A DNA stretch of 64,000 nucleotides from positions 7,058 through 71,057 of the forward strand of contig CAWHGA010000032.1 in NCBI GenBank assembly GCA_963828705.1, written 5' to 3'. Both the position numbers and the translations under genes were made by a program. Shown here piece after piece: positions 10,161 to 19,564 of the stretch. This DNA comes from an uncultured delta proteobacterium. GTDB taxonomy: Bacteria > Desulfobacterota > Syntrophobacteria > Syntrophobacterales > Syntrophobacteraceae. The notes beneath the pieces were generated by a model. That model was given only the letters and a program-made list of their open reading frames with translations, was not told where the DNA came from and did no database searches. The stretch's first letter is position 1. Every line of letters starts with the position of its first letter.

Positions 10161-10190
10161 AAGCCGCGGGTTCAACCCCGCGGCTTTTTT
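10161..10190 (+). terminator. Intrinsic terminator (putative attenuator) between the leader peptide and aroB'
   Basis: Stem GCCGCGGG (10163-10170), loop ttcaac, stem CCCGCGGC, followed by T6 (10185-10190). It sits 27 nt after the leader stop codon. Confidence 0.75.
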
Positions 10191-10237
10191 CATTCCGGAG
10201 CCAGGGATTGTATTTGGTTGGTAAGAAGTTGGAATCG

Positions 10238-11248
10238 ATGTGCCGAGGTGAAGCGGTGAAAGAGGTATGGGTCAGGTTGGACCAGTGGTCGAAGGAGATC
10301 GTGACGGCGGCCTTGGAAGCGGGCGCCGACGCGCTGGTGATCCCGCCCGGCTGGCAGGAACGCATCAAAGAGCTGGGGCGAATCGTCACGGTGAGCGAAG
10401 ACGGCGACCTGAAACCCGGCCAGGACATCTTCTTCGAGAAACTGGCCGACCCGGAAGACGAAGCGCGCATCGCCAGGCTGCTCCGTACCGTGCCCGTGGT
10501 CATTGACCAGCCCCGCTGGGAAGTGATCCCCCTGGAAAACCTGGTGGCCGGCGGTGGCCGGCTGCTGGTGACGGTGGATGCCCTCGAAGGGTTGGAACTG
10601 GCAATGGGCATTCTGGAAAAGGGCGTGGCGGGAGTGGTTATTCGCGCTGTCGATGTCCCCGGGGTGAAAGCCATGGTGGCTCGAGTCAAAGCCGGTGTCG
10701 AAAGGGTTGAGCTGCACCTGGCCACGGTGGAAAAAGTGTTGCCGGTGGGGATGGGGGATCGGGTATGTGTTGATACCTGCACCTCGATGAAAGATGGTGA
10801 AGGGATGCTGGTGGGCAATTTCAGCCATTTCCTCTTTCTGGTCCAGGCGGAAACGCGCTGCAGTCCCTATGTGGCGCCGCGTCCGTTCCGCGTCAATGCC
10901 GGGGCGCTGCATGCCTATGTGCGCACACCGGATGGCCGAACCCGCTACCTGAGTGAACTGGAAAGCGGCCATGCGGTGCTCGTGACCGATGCCTCCGGCA
11001 ACACCCAACCGGCGGTGGTGGGCCGCGCCAAGATCGAACGACGCCCGTTGTTGTTGGTGAGCGCCGTCTGTGAAGGGGTCACCGGCTCCCTGGTGGTGCA
11101 GAATGCGGAAACCATCAGGCTGGCCGGCCCGGGCGGCGAACCCCGTTCGGTGGCCGCACTGCAGCCAGGAGATGAAGTGCTGGTAATGCTCGATGAAAGC
11201 GGACGCCACTTCGGTATCAAGGTCCAAGAAACCATTTGGGAGCGATAA
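10238..11248 (+). CDS. 3-dehydroquinate synthase II (archaeal-type DHQS, AroB')
   Basis: Motifs KEVWVRLDQWSKEIVTAALEAGADALV, GDRVCVDTCTSMKDGEGMLVG, PYVAPRPFRVNAGALHAYV, TRYLSELESGH and KIERRPLLLV match my memory of the DHQS-II family. The start must lie after the terminator (ATG 10238 or GTG 10256). Confidence 0.85.
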   Translation: MCRGEAVKEVWVRLDQWSKEIVTAALEAGADALVIPPGWQERIKELGRIVTVSEDGDLKPGQDIFFEKLADPEDEARIARLLRTVPVVIDQPRWEVIPLENLVAGGGRLLVTVDALEGLELAMGILEKGVAGVVIRAVDVPGVKAMVARVKAGVERVELHLATVEKVLPVGMGDRVCVDTCTSMKDGEGMLVGNFSHFLFLVQAETRCSPYVAPRPFRVNAGALHAYVRTPDGRTRYLSELESGHAVLVTDASGNTQPAVVGRAKIERRPLLLVSAVCEGVTGSLVVQNAETIRLAGPGGEPRSVAALQPGDEVLVMLDESGRHFGIKVQETIWER

Positions 11249-11250
11249 CG

Positions 11251-12411
11251 GTGAACGACAATTTGCAGAAACAGCTTACCGGCTTGCGCGACGCCATCGA
11301 TCGCATCGATCAACAGCTGCTTCGCCTGCTGAACGAACGCATGGAACAGGCCAAGGAAATCGGCCGGATCAAAGCGGACGCCGGTTCGCCGTCCTTCGAT
11401 CCGAGCCGCGAAGAAGCCATTTATGCGCGGTTGTCCAGGGGCAATCCGGGACCGCTGAGCGATGATGGGCTGCGTTCCATCTACCGCGAAATCCTGGCCG
11501 CTTCCCGAGTGCTGCAGCATCCCCTGGAAGTGGCGTTTCTGGGACCGGAATGGACCTATTCCCATCTTGCCGCCCGTTCCCTGTTCGGCCATTCCGCCAG
11601 CTATGTGCCGTTACCCACTCTCGAGGATGTCTTTGACCAGCTGGTCAAGGGGCTGGTGCATGTGGCCATCGCCCCCATCGAGAATTCCCTGGAAGGCGGC
11701 GTGACCCGCACCATGGACCTGCTTTACGAATGCGAAGCCCAGGTGGTCCGGGAGTGTTACCTGGAGGTCGCCCATTACCTGGCCGGCAAGGCCGCTTCGC
11801 TGGAGGAGGTGGAGCGCGTCTACGCTCATCCGCAGACCCTGGGGCAATGTCGTCACTGGTTGCTTCATAACCTGCGCCAGGCGGTCCTGCGCGAATGCAG
11901 TTCCACCGCTGAAGCGGCCCGGCTGTCACAGGAAGACCCCACCGGTGCAGCCATCTGCAATCTGTTTGCGGCCCATCACTACGGGCTAAATATCCTGGCT
12001 GCCCGGATCGAAGATCAACCTGGCAATATCACCAGGTTTTTTGCTTTGGCCCAGCATTTCAACCCGCCCACCGGCCATGACAAGACTTCGATCCTGTTTG
12101 CCGTGCCGGATCGACCGGGTGCCCTCCAATATGCCCTGGAACCCTTCACCCAGCATGGGCGCAATATGACGCGGATCGAATCCCGGCCCAGCCGAATCTC
12201 CGCCTGGCACTACCTGTTTTATGCCGACATCGAAGGCCATCGCGACGATCCGGCCATCCGCCAGAGTCTCGAGGATCTGGAGAAACGTGTTACCTTCCTG
12301 AAGGTGTTGGGTTCTTATCCACGCAGCGATCCATTTCGGCCCATCCGTTTCCAGATGGAACAGGTGGCGCCGGTGATGCGGTTGGCTACGGCCGAACCGG
12401 CCAAGGTGTGA
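11251..12411 (+). CDS. pheA: Bifunctional chorismate mutase / prephenate dehydratase (P-protein) with ACT domain
   Basis: N-terminal CM_2 helix region (LRDAIDRIDQQLLRLLNERMEQAKEIGRIK). The PDT core contains VAFLGPEWTYSHLAA and AIAPIENSLEGGV. The ACT-like region has TSILFAVPDRPGALQYAL and TRIESRP. GTG start at 11251, preceded by GGGAG. Confidence 0.9.
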   Translation: MNDNLQKQLTGLRDAIDRIDQQLLRLLNERMEQAKEIGRIKADAGSPSFDPSREEAIYARLSRGNPGPLSDDGLRSIYREILAASRVLQHPLEVAFLGPEWTYSHLAARSLFGHSASYVPLPTLEDVFDQLVKGLVHVAIAPIENSLEGGVTRTMDLLYECEAQVVRECYLEVAHYLAGKAASLEEVERVYAHPQTLGQCRHWLLHNLRQAVLRECSSTAEAARLSQEDPTGAAICNLFAAHHYGLNILAARIEDQPGNITRFFALAQHFNPPTGHDKTSILFAVPDRPGALQYALEPFTQHGRNMTRIESRPSRISAWHYLFYADIEGHRDDPAIRQSLEDLEKRVTFLKVLGSYPRSDPFRPIRFQMEQVAPVMRLATAEPAKV

Positions 12412-12417
12412 GATCCG

Positions 12418-13111
12418 ATGAGTAACGCCGGAAAATTCTGCGGATGCCTGATGAATGCGGAACCGCAGCACCTGCTGACATTCCTGCAGGATCCCGAAGT
12501 GGACCTGCTGGAATGGCGTCTGGACGCTTTTATCGCCCATCAGGGCTGGTCCAGGACCCGAGAGATGTTGGCCCTGCTCGGTTCGGATCGGCGCCGACCG
12601 ATACTGGTCACCAACCGGCCCGAGCGCCAAGGGGGCATGTTTGTCGGTTCCGAGACCGAACGATTGGCCGTCCTGGCGGAAGCCGTGGCGGCCGGTGCCG
12701 ACTGGGTGGACCTGGAAGATGACGTGGACACGCCTGTTCGTCGGCAGGTTCCACCAACTGGGTGCCAGAGTGCTGGTCTCTCACCATGATTTCTCTCAGA
12801 CGCCGGGACTCGGAGAACTGCAAGCCATCGCCCGAGAATTGGTGGTCGATGCCGACTGCATCAAGATCGTCACTTTCGCCAATAACCCCGAGGATTGCCT
12901 GCGGGTGTTGCAGTTGATCCCGTGGGGGCGGGAAACGCTTGGGGCGGATGTCATCGCCTTTTGCATGGGGGCCGCTGGCCGCTGGAGCCGGGTGGTGAGC
13001 TTGCTGCTCGGCAGTCCCTGGACTTATGTGAGCCTGCAGGCCGGACTGGAAGCGGCACCAGGGCAATACTCCGTCACCGAAATCCGGACTCTTCTGGAGA
13101 TGCTCGCATGA
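12418..13111 (+). CDS. aroD: 3-dehydroquinate dehydratase type I; frame broken once (+1) near 12727-12737
   Basis: ORF 12418..12789 (...AGADWVDLEDDVD...) and ORF 12641..13111 (...LFVGRFHQLGARVLVSHHDFSQTP...IKIVTFA...) together form one AroD-like protein. The stop overlaps the aroE start (ATGA). Confidence 0.8.
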
Positions 13112-13929
13112 TGCGTGTGGTGCAAAGCGATTTGTTTGCCGTCATCGGCCACCCGGTGGCCCATTCCCTGAGCCCGGTTATGATGAATGCCGCTTTTGCC
13201 GTTCTGGATCTGCCCGCTCATTATCTGGCGTTGGAGGTCGATGAACTGGCGTCGGCCCTGCGGCTGCTGGCCGATATCGGTGTGCGCGGCCTAAGCGTCA
13301 CCATCCCTCACAAGGAAATCGCCTGTCAGCAAGCGCTGAAACTGGATGACACGGCCCGGGCCATCGGTGCCGTTAACACCCTGCGGTGCGTGAATGATCC
13401 CGTCGGCTGGGAAGGGATCAATACCGATTGGCTGGGGGCGGTGCGAGCCCTTCAGCAGGTGACATCCCTTCCCGGCAAACGAGCCCTGGTGATCGGCGCC
13501 GGTGGTTCGGCGCGCGCCGTGGTCTACGGCCTCAAGCGCGAAGGAGCGGCGGTGAGCGTCACCAATCGCACGCCGGAACGCGGCGAATCACTGGCCGCCG
13601 CTTTCCAAGCCGAGTTCGTGTCCCTGGCTGAAGTCCCTCGGCAGCGTTTCGATATCCTCGTGCAATGCACCTCGGTGGGTCTGACCGGGGGAGCGATTTC
13701 CGAGGTGTTACCGCCATCGGTCTTCCATCCCGAAATGGTGGTCATGGATCTGGTCTATCGACCGCTGTGGACCCCCTTTCTGCTGGCGGCCCGGGGCGCC
13801 GGTTGCGTCACCGTTTCCGGCCTCGATATGCTGCTGTTACAGGGTGCGGCGCAGTTCGAATGGTGGTTGCAACGGCCGGCGCCCATAGCATCAATGAAAG
13901 ATGCCCTGTTGCAAAAGTTGGGGCAGTGA
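13108..13929 (+). CDS. aroE: Shikimate 5-dehydrogenase
   Basis: Motifs FAVIGHPVAHSLSPVMMNAAF, LSVTIPHK, GAVNTL, NTDWLG and VIGAGGSARAVVYGL. Confidence 0.9.
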   Translation: MMRVVQSDLFAVIGHPVAHSLSPVMMNAAFAVLDLPAHYLALEVDELASALRLLADIGVRGLSVTIPHKEIACQQALKLDDTARAIGAVNTLRCVNDPVGWEGINTDWLGAVRALQQVTSLPGKRALVIGAGGSARAVVYGLKREGAAVSVTNRTPERGESLAAAFQAEFVSLAEVPRQRFDILVQCTSVGLTGGAISEVLPPSVFHPEMVVMDLVYRPLWTPFLLAARGAGCVTVSGLDMLLLQGAAQFEWWLQRPAPIASMKDALLQKLGQ

Positions 13930-13965
13930 GAGTGTGAGGCCGTGTATCGCGCCACATACAGCTAG

Positions 13966-13985
13966 GGGCAATTCATGAATTGCCC
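13966..13985. repeat. Perfect 20-bp palindrome GGGCAATTCATGAATTGCCC (REP-like unit)
   Basis: Read directly from the sequence, 37 nt after the aroE stop. No T-run follows. Confidence 0.7.
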
Positions 13986-14120
13986 TTACATCTGGCTTCA
14001 CGGCGACTTCCTAATTGGCTGCAGTGGCAAACCTCACGGTTGACGCCAAAACAGTTATAAGGTGAGTTTCTACATCCGCTGGTTGGCAATAGGAACTGTC
14101 CAAACATAACCATTGCGGAC

Positions 14121-14331
14121 GTTGCGTTTCATTGCATTCAATGCAACCTACTATTCTGTCAGCTTTGTTTTGCAGGCTCGGTGACTAGGCCTGGATTCCC
14201 GCGCAGGCGGGAATCCAGGTGTTTATAAGGTTCACTGGACCCGCGCCTGCGCGGGGGTGACATTCTATACCCGTCGAAACTATTTTGGTGGAGCACTACG
14301 GTAGGTCGTGTTGAATGCAATGAAACGCGAC
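14121..14331. mobile_element. MITE-like element (about 211 bp) with roughly 31-bp terminal inverted repeats, inserted between aroE and aroA
   Basis: Left TIR is GTTGCGTTTCATTGCATTCAATGCAACCTAC (14121-14151). Right TIR (14301-14331) has reverse complement GTCGCGTTTCATTGCATTCAACACGACCTAC. The core carries two REP-like hairpins. There is no coding capacity. Confidence 0.6.
14190..14255. repeat. REP-like hairpins inside the MITE core
   Basis: CCTGGATTCCCGC-GCAG-GCGGGAATCCAGG (14190-14219) and CCCGCGC-CT-GCGCGGG (14240-14255). The same motifs recur at 15.9-16.06 kb and 42.5 kb. Confidence 0.7.
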
Positions 14332-14411
14332 ACAAAAATCACGGCGAAATGGCATACTTATTGTTGGGCGGCTCCTTAGATCCTGAGGTTCTGAAGAGTG
14401 AGTAGACAAGG

Positions 14412-15684
14412 ATGATCCAAACCATAACACCCGTTGACGGTCTACGGGCGCGAGTGCGCCTGCCGGGCTCCAAGTCGGTCACCCACCGAGCGCTCCTGAT
14501 GGCGGCTTTGGCCGAGGGTGAAAGCCTGGTGCGCAATCCGCTTCGCGCCGAAGATACGTTGCTAACCGGCCACGCCCTGGTACAGCTTGGAGTACAGCTC
14601 GATCTGGGAAGACAACGCCGTGCGCGTGCGTCCCCCGAGGGTGCGCTGGAGCCAGCCGCCGGGGCCGATCCATCTGGGCAACAGCGGCACCAGCACGCGA
14701 TTGTTGGCGGGTCTCCTGGCGGCCGGTTGCGGGCGCTTCGTGGTGGACGGCACGGCGCGGTTGCGCGAACGCCCCATCGGCCCGGTGCTGCAGGCCCTGG
14801 CCGGACAGGGGGTAAGCTGCCGCTATCTGGGTGAAGCCGGCTATCCGCCTGTGGAAATCGAGGCCCGAGGGCTTCAGGGCGGCGATATCGAAATCGATGC
14901 CCGCCAGAGTTCGCAGTTTCTTTCCGCTGTTTTGCTGGTGGCGCCGTGTGCGCCGCGAGACATGGTGGTGAGCTGGCTGGAACCTCTGGCCTCGGCTCCC
15001 TATGTGCACCTGACACTCGCCATGTTGGGACAATGGGGGATTGAGTACCAGTGGTTGGGTCCCAACCGGGTCCTCATCCCGGCCCCCCAGATCTATCGAG
15101 CCCAAGAATACCTGGTGGAAGGGGATTGCTCGTCAGCATCCTACTGGTGGGCGGCGGCTGCGGTGACCGGGGGCGACATCCACACATCACCGGTTGGGAT
15201 CGACGCGCTTCAGGGCGATTGCCGCTTCCTGGGAATCCTCGAACGCATGGGTTGTACCGTGCGTTGGGAGGAAGAAGGCGTCCGCGTGCTGGGACCAGAA
15301 AGGCTCCAGGCTCTTGACCTGGATATGAACGCCATGCCTGACACGGTGCCGACTCTGGCCGTGGTGGCGGCCTTCGCCGACGGTGCTACCCGAATCCGCA
15401 ACGTGGGTCATCTGCGCATCAAGGAATCGGACCGGATCGCCGTGGTTGCGGAGGAACTGACCAAACTTGGGATTGCCGTCGAAGAACTGCCGGATGGCCT
15501 GGTGATTCAGGGCGGCGGCGCGCATGGTGCGGCCGTTGAAGCCCACGATGACCACCGCATTGCCATGGCATTTGCCGTTGCTGGACTGCGTGTTCCTGGA
15601 ATCACCATCCATGGGGCCGAAGCAGTGGCCAAATCCTACCCCACCTTCTGGGATGAATTCACCAGACTCGGAGAAGCATCCTGA
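14412..15684 (+). CDS. aroA: 3-phosphoshikimate 1-carboxyvinyltransferase (EPSP synthase); frame broken once (+1) near 14598-14606
   Basis: ORF 14412..14834 starts LPGSKSVTHRALLMAALAEGES...LLTGHALVQLGVQL. ORF 14587..15684 continues ...WEDNAVRVRPP...LGNSGTSTRLLAGLLA...RERPIG...KESDR...DHRIAMAFAV. Confidence 0.85.
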
Positions 15685-15848
15685 CAGCCGCTGATCCCTG
15701 GCGGTAAACCCCTTGCCGCAGATGATCCCCAGCCATAAGGGCAGGCCTCACCACCAACGGAAAACCAGCACGTAACGGGCGCAGAGCACCGTTCGCGCTG
15801 AATACAGCGCCACAGAATAATGTGTCCGAAATACTGCCCATTCCGCTC

Positions 15849-16059
15849 GTCATTCCCGCGAACCGCCATGGTCTATGGGGGGCCGCAACGAAACATGAAG
15901 GTCACCCGGGTCACCCCCATGTCATTCCCGCGCAGGCGGGAATCCAGAGAAATAGCCTGGATAACGGCTTTCGCCGGTATGACAGAACGGATTTTCATAT
16001 GAAGGCGGGAATCCAGATGGATTGGGAAGCTTCTGGCCCCCCGCCTTCGCGGGGGTGAC
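15849..16059. repeat. Cluster of REP-like palindromic units (GTCATTCCCGCG..., GCGGGAATCCAG, CCGCCTTCGCGGGGGTGAC)
   Basis: Units were read directly. The first ~55 nt (GTCATTCCCGCGAACCGCCATGG...) are about 80% identical by eye to 42485-42540. The ORFs predicted across the cluster (VIPAQAGIQ-type peptides) are typical artefacts of such repeats. Confidence 0.7.
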
Positions 16060-16383
16060 GTAACGGATTACTGGTCATTTTATTGGGTGGACGTGTACCG
16101 AGCATCGAAGGGTGAGCAGGCCTTTCGCATGAGGCTCCAGTACGAAGAGTTCAGTTGCGGAGCACAAACGCCTGCAAGCAGGAAGAGCATGCGCACACCA
16201 CCGAGTCCGTGATATAGTGTTTGCAGCTCTCAGCGCTTTGCAGGCAACCTCGACCTCTGGGGAGGAGATGGGCGGGCCGGGCCCTCGGGAGGGTGTTTCA
16301 GACAACGCGGGGCGGCTACTGCAGCGGCATCTGCGCTTCTCTGAGAGGGTGTCCAAAAAGCCCGGCGGCAATTTGCCTCTGCC

Positions 16384-16452
16384 GTCACCCCGGTGAAAAC
16401 CGGGGTCCAGAAGTCTTGAAAAATCTGGATTCCGGCTTTCGCCGGAATGACG
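16384..16452. repeat. REP-like unit, second sub-family (CCGGGGTCCAGAAG...GGATTCCGGCTTTCGCCGGAATGACG)
   Basis: About 85% identical by eye to 22872-22938. Contains hairpins CCCCGG-tgaaaa-CCGGGG and ATTCCGGC-tttc-GCCGGAAT. Confidence 0.7.
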
Positions 16453-16640
16453 CTAATGTGATCCACGACGACTTTTTCGATATGCTAATGGGTCTTTTTG
16501 GGGCAGACACAACGAACACGGTCATGTGGATTTTTCAACCCAATGCTCGTCCATGAGGCACGGAGGATTGAACGGTTTCCGGTTGTGGCTGTAATGTGGC
16601 GGCTTCCGGGTCGATCGAGTCCAGATCAGGAGGGAATCTT

Positions 16641-16970
16641 ATGAAGAAACGTCTGAGGAAAAAGAAACGAATCGGGGAGTTCCAGGAATTTGGGTTTGAT
16701 GTGATGTACACGGCCCGCGACGAATTGTCGGAAGAAGAACGGGAGAGCCTGCTGTGGTCGTTTGTTGAGGGCGCCATTGAGGCCAACGATTTGGCTGGCG
16801 GCGGTGGTGGTGACAAGACCGTCGGACTGTTCGTGATTTCCAACAAATCGCGTGGTTCAGTCACCGAAGATCAACGTCTGGCTGTCCAGAAGTGGCTGGA
16901 AGGCGAGTCGCGGATCGCGTCGTTCGAAGTGCGCCCGTTGGTGGACGCCTGGTATGGCCCCATCGAATAG
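16641..16970 (+). CDS. yggL: YggL-family (DUF469) 50S ribosome-binding protein
   Basis: MKKRLRKKKRIGEFQEFGFDV... and ...QKWLE...PLVDAWYG resemble E. coli YggL (RRLRKKMHIDEFQELGF...RKWLE...DVWW). SD AGGAGGG at 16628-16634. Confidence 0.8.
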   Translation: MKKRLRKKKRIGEFQEFGFDVMYTARDELSEEERESLLWSFVEGAIEANDLAGGGGGDKTVGLFVISNKSRGSVTEDQRLAVQKWLEGESRIASFEVRPLVDAWYGPIE

Positions 16971-16973
16971 GGG

Positions 16974-18489
16974 ATGAACAAGGAAGAACCATTGCGGCGA
17001 AAGCTCTCACGCCCTTACGCCTCATGGATTTTCACCCAAACAGGCTGGTGGCTGCTGCCGGTGCTGCTTCTGGCGCCTTTGTTTCTGGCTGATGCCGCGC
17101 CAGTCGATCAACCGGGCGGCGATTGGGCCAAGCGCCTTCAGCCGCTGCAACACGCCGCTCGTCAGGTGGCGATTCAGGTGGTCTCCCTTCCGGACCGGCG
17201 CCTGGTTTATGCGCATCAGGCCAACCGGCGCCTGATGCCGGCTTCTGTGGTCAAGATTCTCGTCAGTTATGCGGCATTGAAGGAATTGGGCTCGTATCAT
17301 CATTTCACCACCGAGGTCTGGAGCCGGCAGGTGGTGCGCGATGGTGTCCTGGCTGGCGATATCTGGATAAAGGGCAGCGGCGATCCCTTTCTGGTGCCGG
17401 AGAAGCTCTATCTGCTTGGGCAAAAGATCAGAGAGGCCGGAATTCATCGCATCGATGGCGGGATCGGGGTCGACAACGGCTATCTCCGCGCCTCTGTGGA
17501 AAAGATCTGCCTGGATGGCCAGTGCGATCGTGCCTACAATCCGGTGATCACAGCGACCACCCTCGATTTTAATACACTCACCTTGCAGCTTCGCCCCTCA
17601 AGCCGTCCTGGCGTGCCCGTGACGGTGGAGGTCTTTCCGCACGGCGACTACGCCGTGGTGGACAACCAAGTCGGAAGGGGCGATGCCCAGGCGGGTGAAA
17701 GCGGGATTCAGGTGCATTCGGCCGGAGTGACCGCAGATGGCCGTGAACGTTACCGACTCACCGGGAGTCTTGCCGCCAAGTCTGGCTGAAGCCATCGAAG
17801 TGCGGGTGAATGTGAACGACCCGGTGAGCTTCTTCGCGCGCTCCCTCAAGTGCCTGCTGGGCGAGATCGGGGTCGAAGTGCGAGGTGGAATCCTGCCTGC
17901 CGGCTCGGTGCCGAGTGGCGCGCGCAAATTGACCGAATACACCTCCCCACCTCTGAAAGACATCCTGTACGGCCTCAATCGTTACAGCAACAATTTCATG
18001 GCGGAGCTGCTGCTGCGGGTGCTGGGTGCGGAAATCAAGGGATTGCCCGGCAGTGCCGAAAAAGGCCTGGAAGTGTTGGGCGAGACGCTCGCTGCCCTCG
18101 GCGTGCCCGGTACAGAACTGGAACTGGACGGTGGCTCGGGGTTGAGTCGCCGCTGCCGGGTGAGCGCTCAGGCTCTGTGTTCGGTGTTGGTGGCCGCTTA
18201 CCATGATCCGGAAATTGGGCCGGAGTTCATGGCCTCTCTGGCTACGGGCGGGGAAGAGGGGACCCTGCGGCGCCGTGGCAAACGCTTGACCAATCCGGCC
18301 TCGATTCGAGGCAAAACCGGCTCGCTCAGTGACGTGATAGGATTCGCCGGTTATGTTAGCGCTCCCGGCGGCGGGACCCATGCCGTTGTCATCCTGCTCA
18401 ACGAGGTTCATAAGCCGGCCGAAGCCAAAGCGGCCATTGACCGTTTCCTGTCATGGTTGGCTGGGATTCGCAGTTCTGGAGAGCAGTGA
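16974..18489 (+). CDS. dacB: D-alanyl-D-alanine carboxypeptidase/endopeptidase PBP4 (peptidase S13); frame broken once (+1) near 17780-17788
   Basis: ORF 16974..17789 carries a signal sequence and the SxxK motif (PASVVKI). ORF 17737..18489 carries YSNNFMAE (SxN) and RGKTGSL (KTG). The two join at ...RYRLTGSLAAKS / AEAIEVRVNVNDP. Confidence 0.8.
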
Positions 18490-18943
18490 GGGTAGCGCCC
18501 ATAGGGAAAAGAAACGGGTGGATCATACCCGCACCGATCCGCGCGCTACGTGTCCATTGCTTGGCTGCGCCCAAGGCCGTCCTTAGAAAGCCGCGTCGGA
18601 TTATGGCGAGTTACAAACACCCCGCCTTGTAGCTGATTCACGCTTAGCTGGTCAGGCTGAAAAACCGCATAAGCGTTGAAATGTGGAAGGACTATAGAGT
18701 CTTCAATGCAGCGGGACTGCTCCACGAGTGGCGGAAGAAGTGGGCGGCATATCTACCGCAACCCAGCTAGCCCATGAGACAAAAGAAGTTGTTTTATCTC
18801 ATGTTTTTCCGCCAAAGCCCCGTAAGTCCGCGTGTTTCCTGGGGTGCCCAAACGCCAACATTGGACAAAATGATGAGAAGGCGAGACGGCTTGACCGCTG
18901 CACTATTTTGTTATAACATATGGTGTAACGAGGAGGTGCTGTT

Positions 18944-19168
18944 ATGCGTGCTACCGTGACACAAATTGGCAATTCAACCGGCGTTATCCTGCCGAAGGAG
19001 GCCGCTGCCCGCCTCAAGGTGAAGAAAGGCGACAGCGTGTTTTTAACGGAAACACCTGATGGTTATGCCGTCACGCCCTACGATCCGGAATTTGAGGCAC
19101 AAATGGAAGCGGCACGGCGCGGTATGGCTAAGTACCGTAATGCCCTGCATGAGCTTGCCAAGAAATGA
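18944..19168 (+). CDS. AbrB/MazE/SpoVT-fold antitoxin (partner of Doc)
   Basis: The swapped-hairpin motif TQIGNSTGVILPKEAAARLKVKKGD. The gene overlaps the doc start (ATGA). Confidence 0.8.
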   Translation: MRATVTQIGNSTGVILPKEAAARLKVKKGDSVFLTETPDGYAVTPYDPEFEAQMEAARRGMAKYRNALHELAKK

Positions 19169-19561
19169 CTTGGCGCTGGCTCCTCGAGGGGGTTGTCATT
19201 GCCATGCACGGCGAACAAATTGCCGAGCATGGCGGAAGCCTTGGTATCCGTGATGCCGGTCTGTTGTCATCAGCCCTTGCACGTCCGCAAAACCAAGTGG
19301 CTTATGGCGAGCCGTCGGTGTTTGATCTGGCTGCCGCCTATGCGTTCGGCATCATTCGGAACCATCCTTTTGTGGATGGCAACAAGCGCACAGGTTTTCT
19401 TACCGCCTATGTCTTTCTTGATCTCAATGGATGGGAACTGATGTCATCAGAAGCTGAAGCCGTGGCCGCTGTGCTGGCTTTGGCAGACAGGCGAAATGGA
19501 TGAAGCTGGTTTTGCGGACTGGCTTAAAACCAAGTCCGTCATTCGGGCGGCGCAGGAATAA
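19165..19561 (+). CDS. doc: Death-on-curing (Doc, Fic-fold) toxin; frame broken once (+1) near 19486-19492
   Basis: Fic/Doc motif HPFVDGNKRTG. The ORF stops at ...LADRRNG*, but the next frame reads GEMDEAGFADWLKTKSVIRAAQE*, a typical Doc C-terminus. Confidence 0.8.
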
Positions 19562-19564
19562 CAA

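Noticed and set aside
15700-16600. Several 60-110-aa ORFs (15822..16058, 16075..16371, 16221..16556, 16230..16466, and others) in the aroA-yggL gap.
   Set aside because: They run through REP-like palindromes (VIPAQAGIQ and FRRNDA type peptides), overlap each other on both strands, and lack SD sequences.
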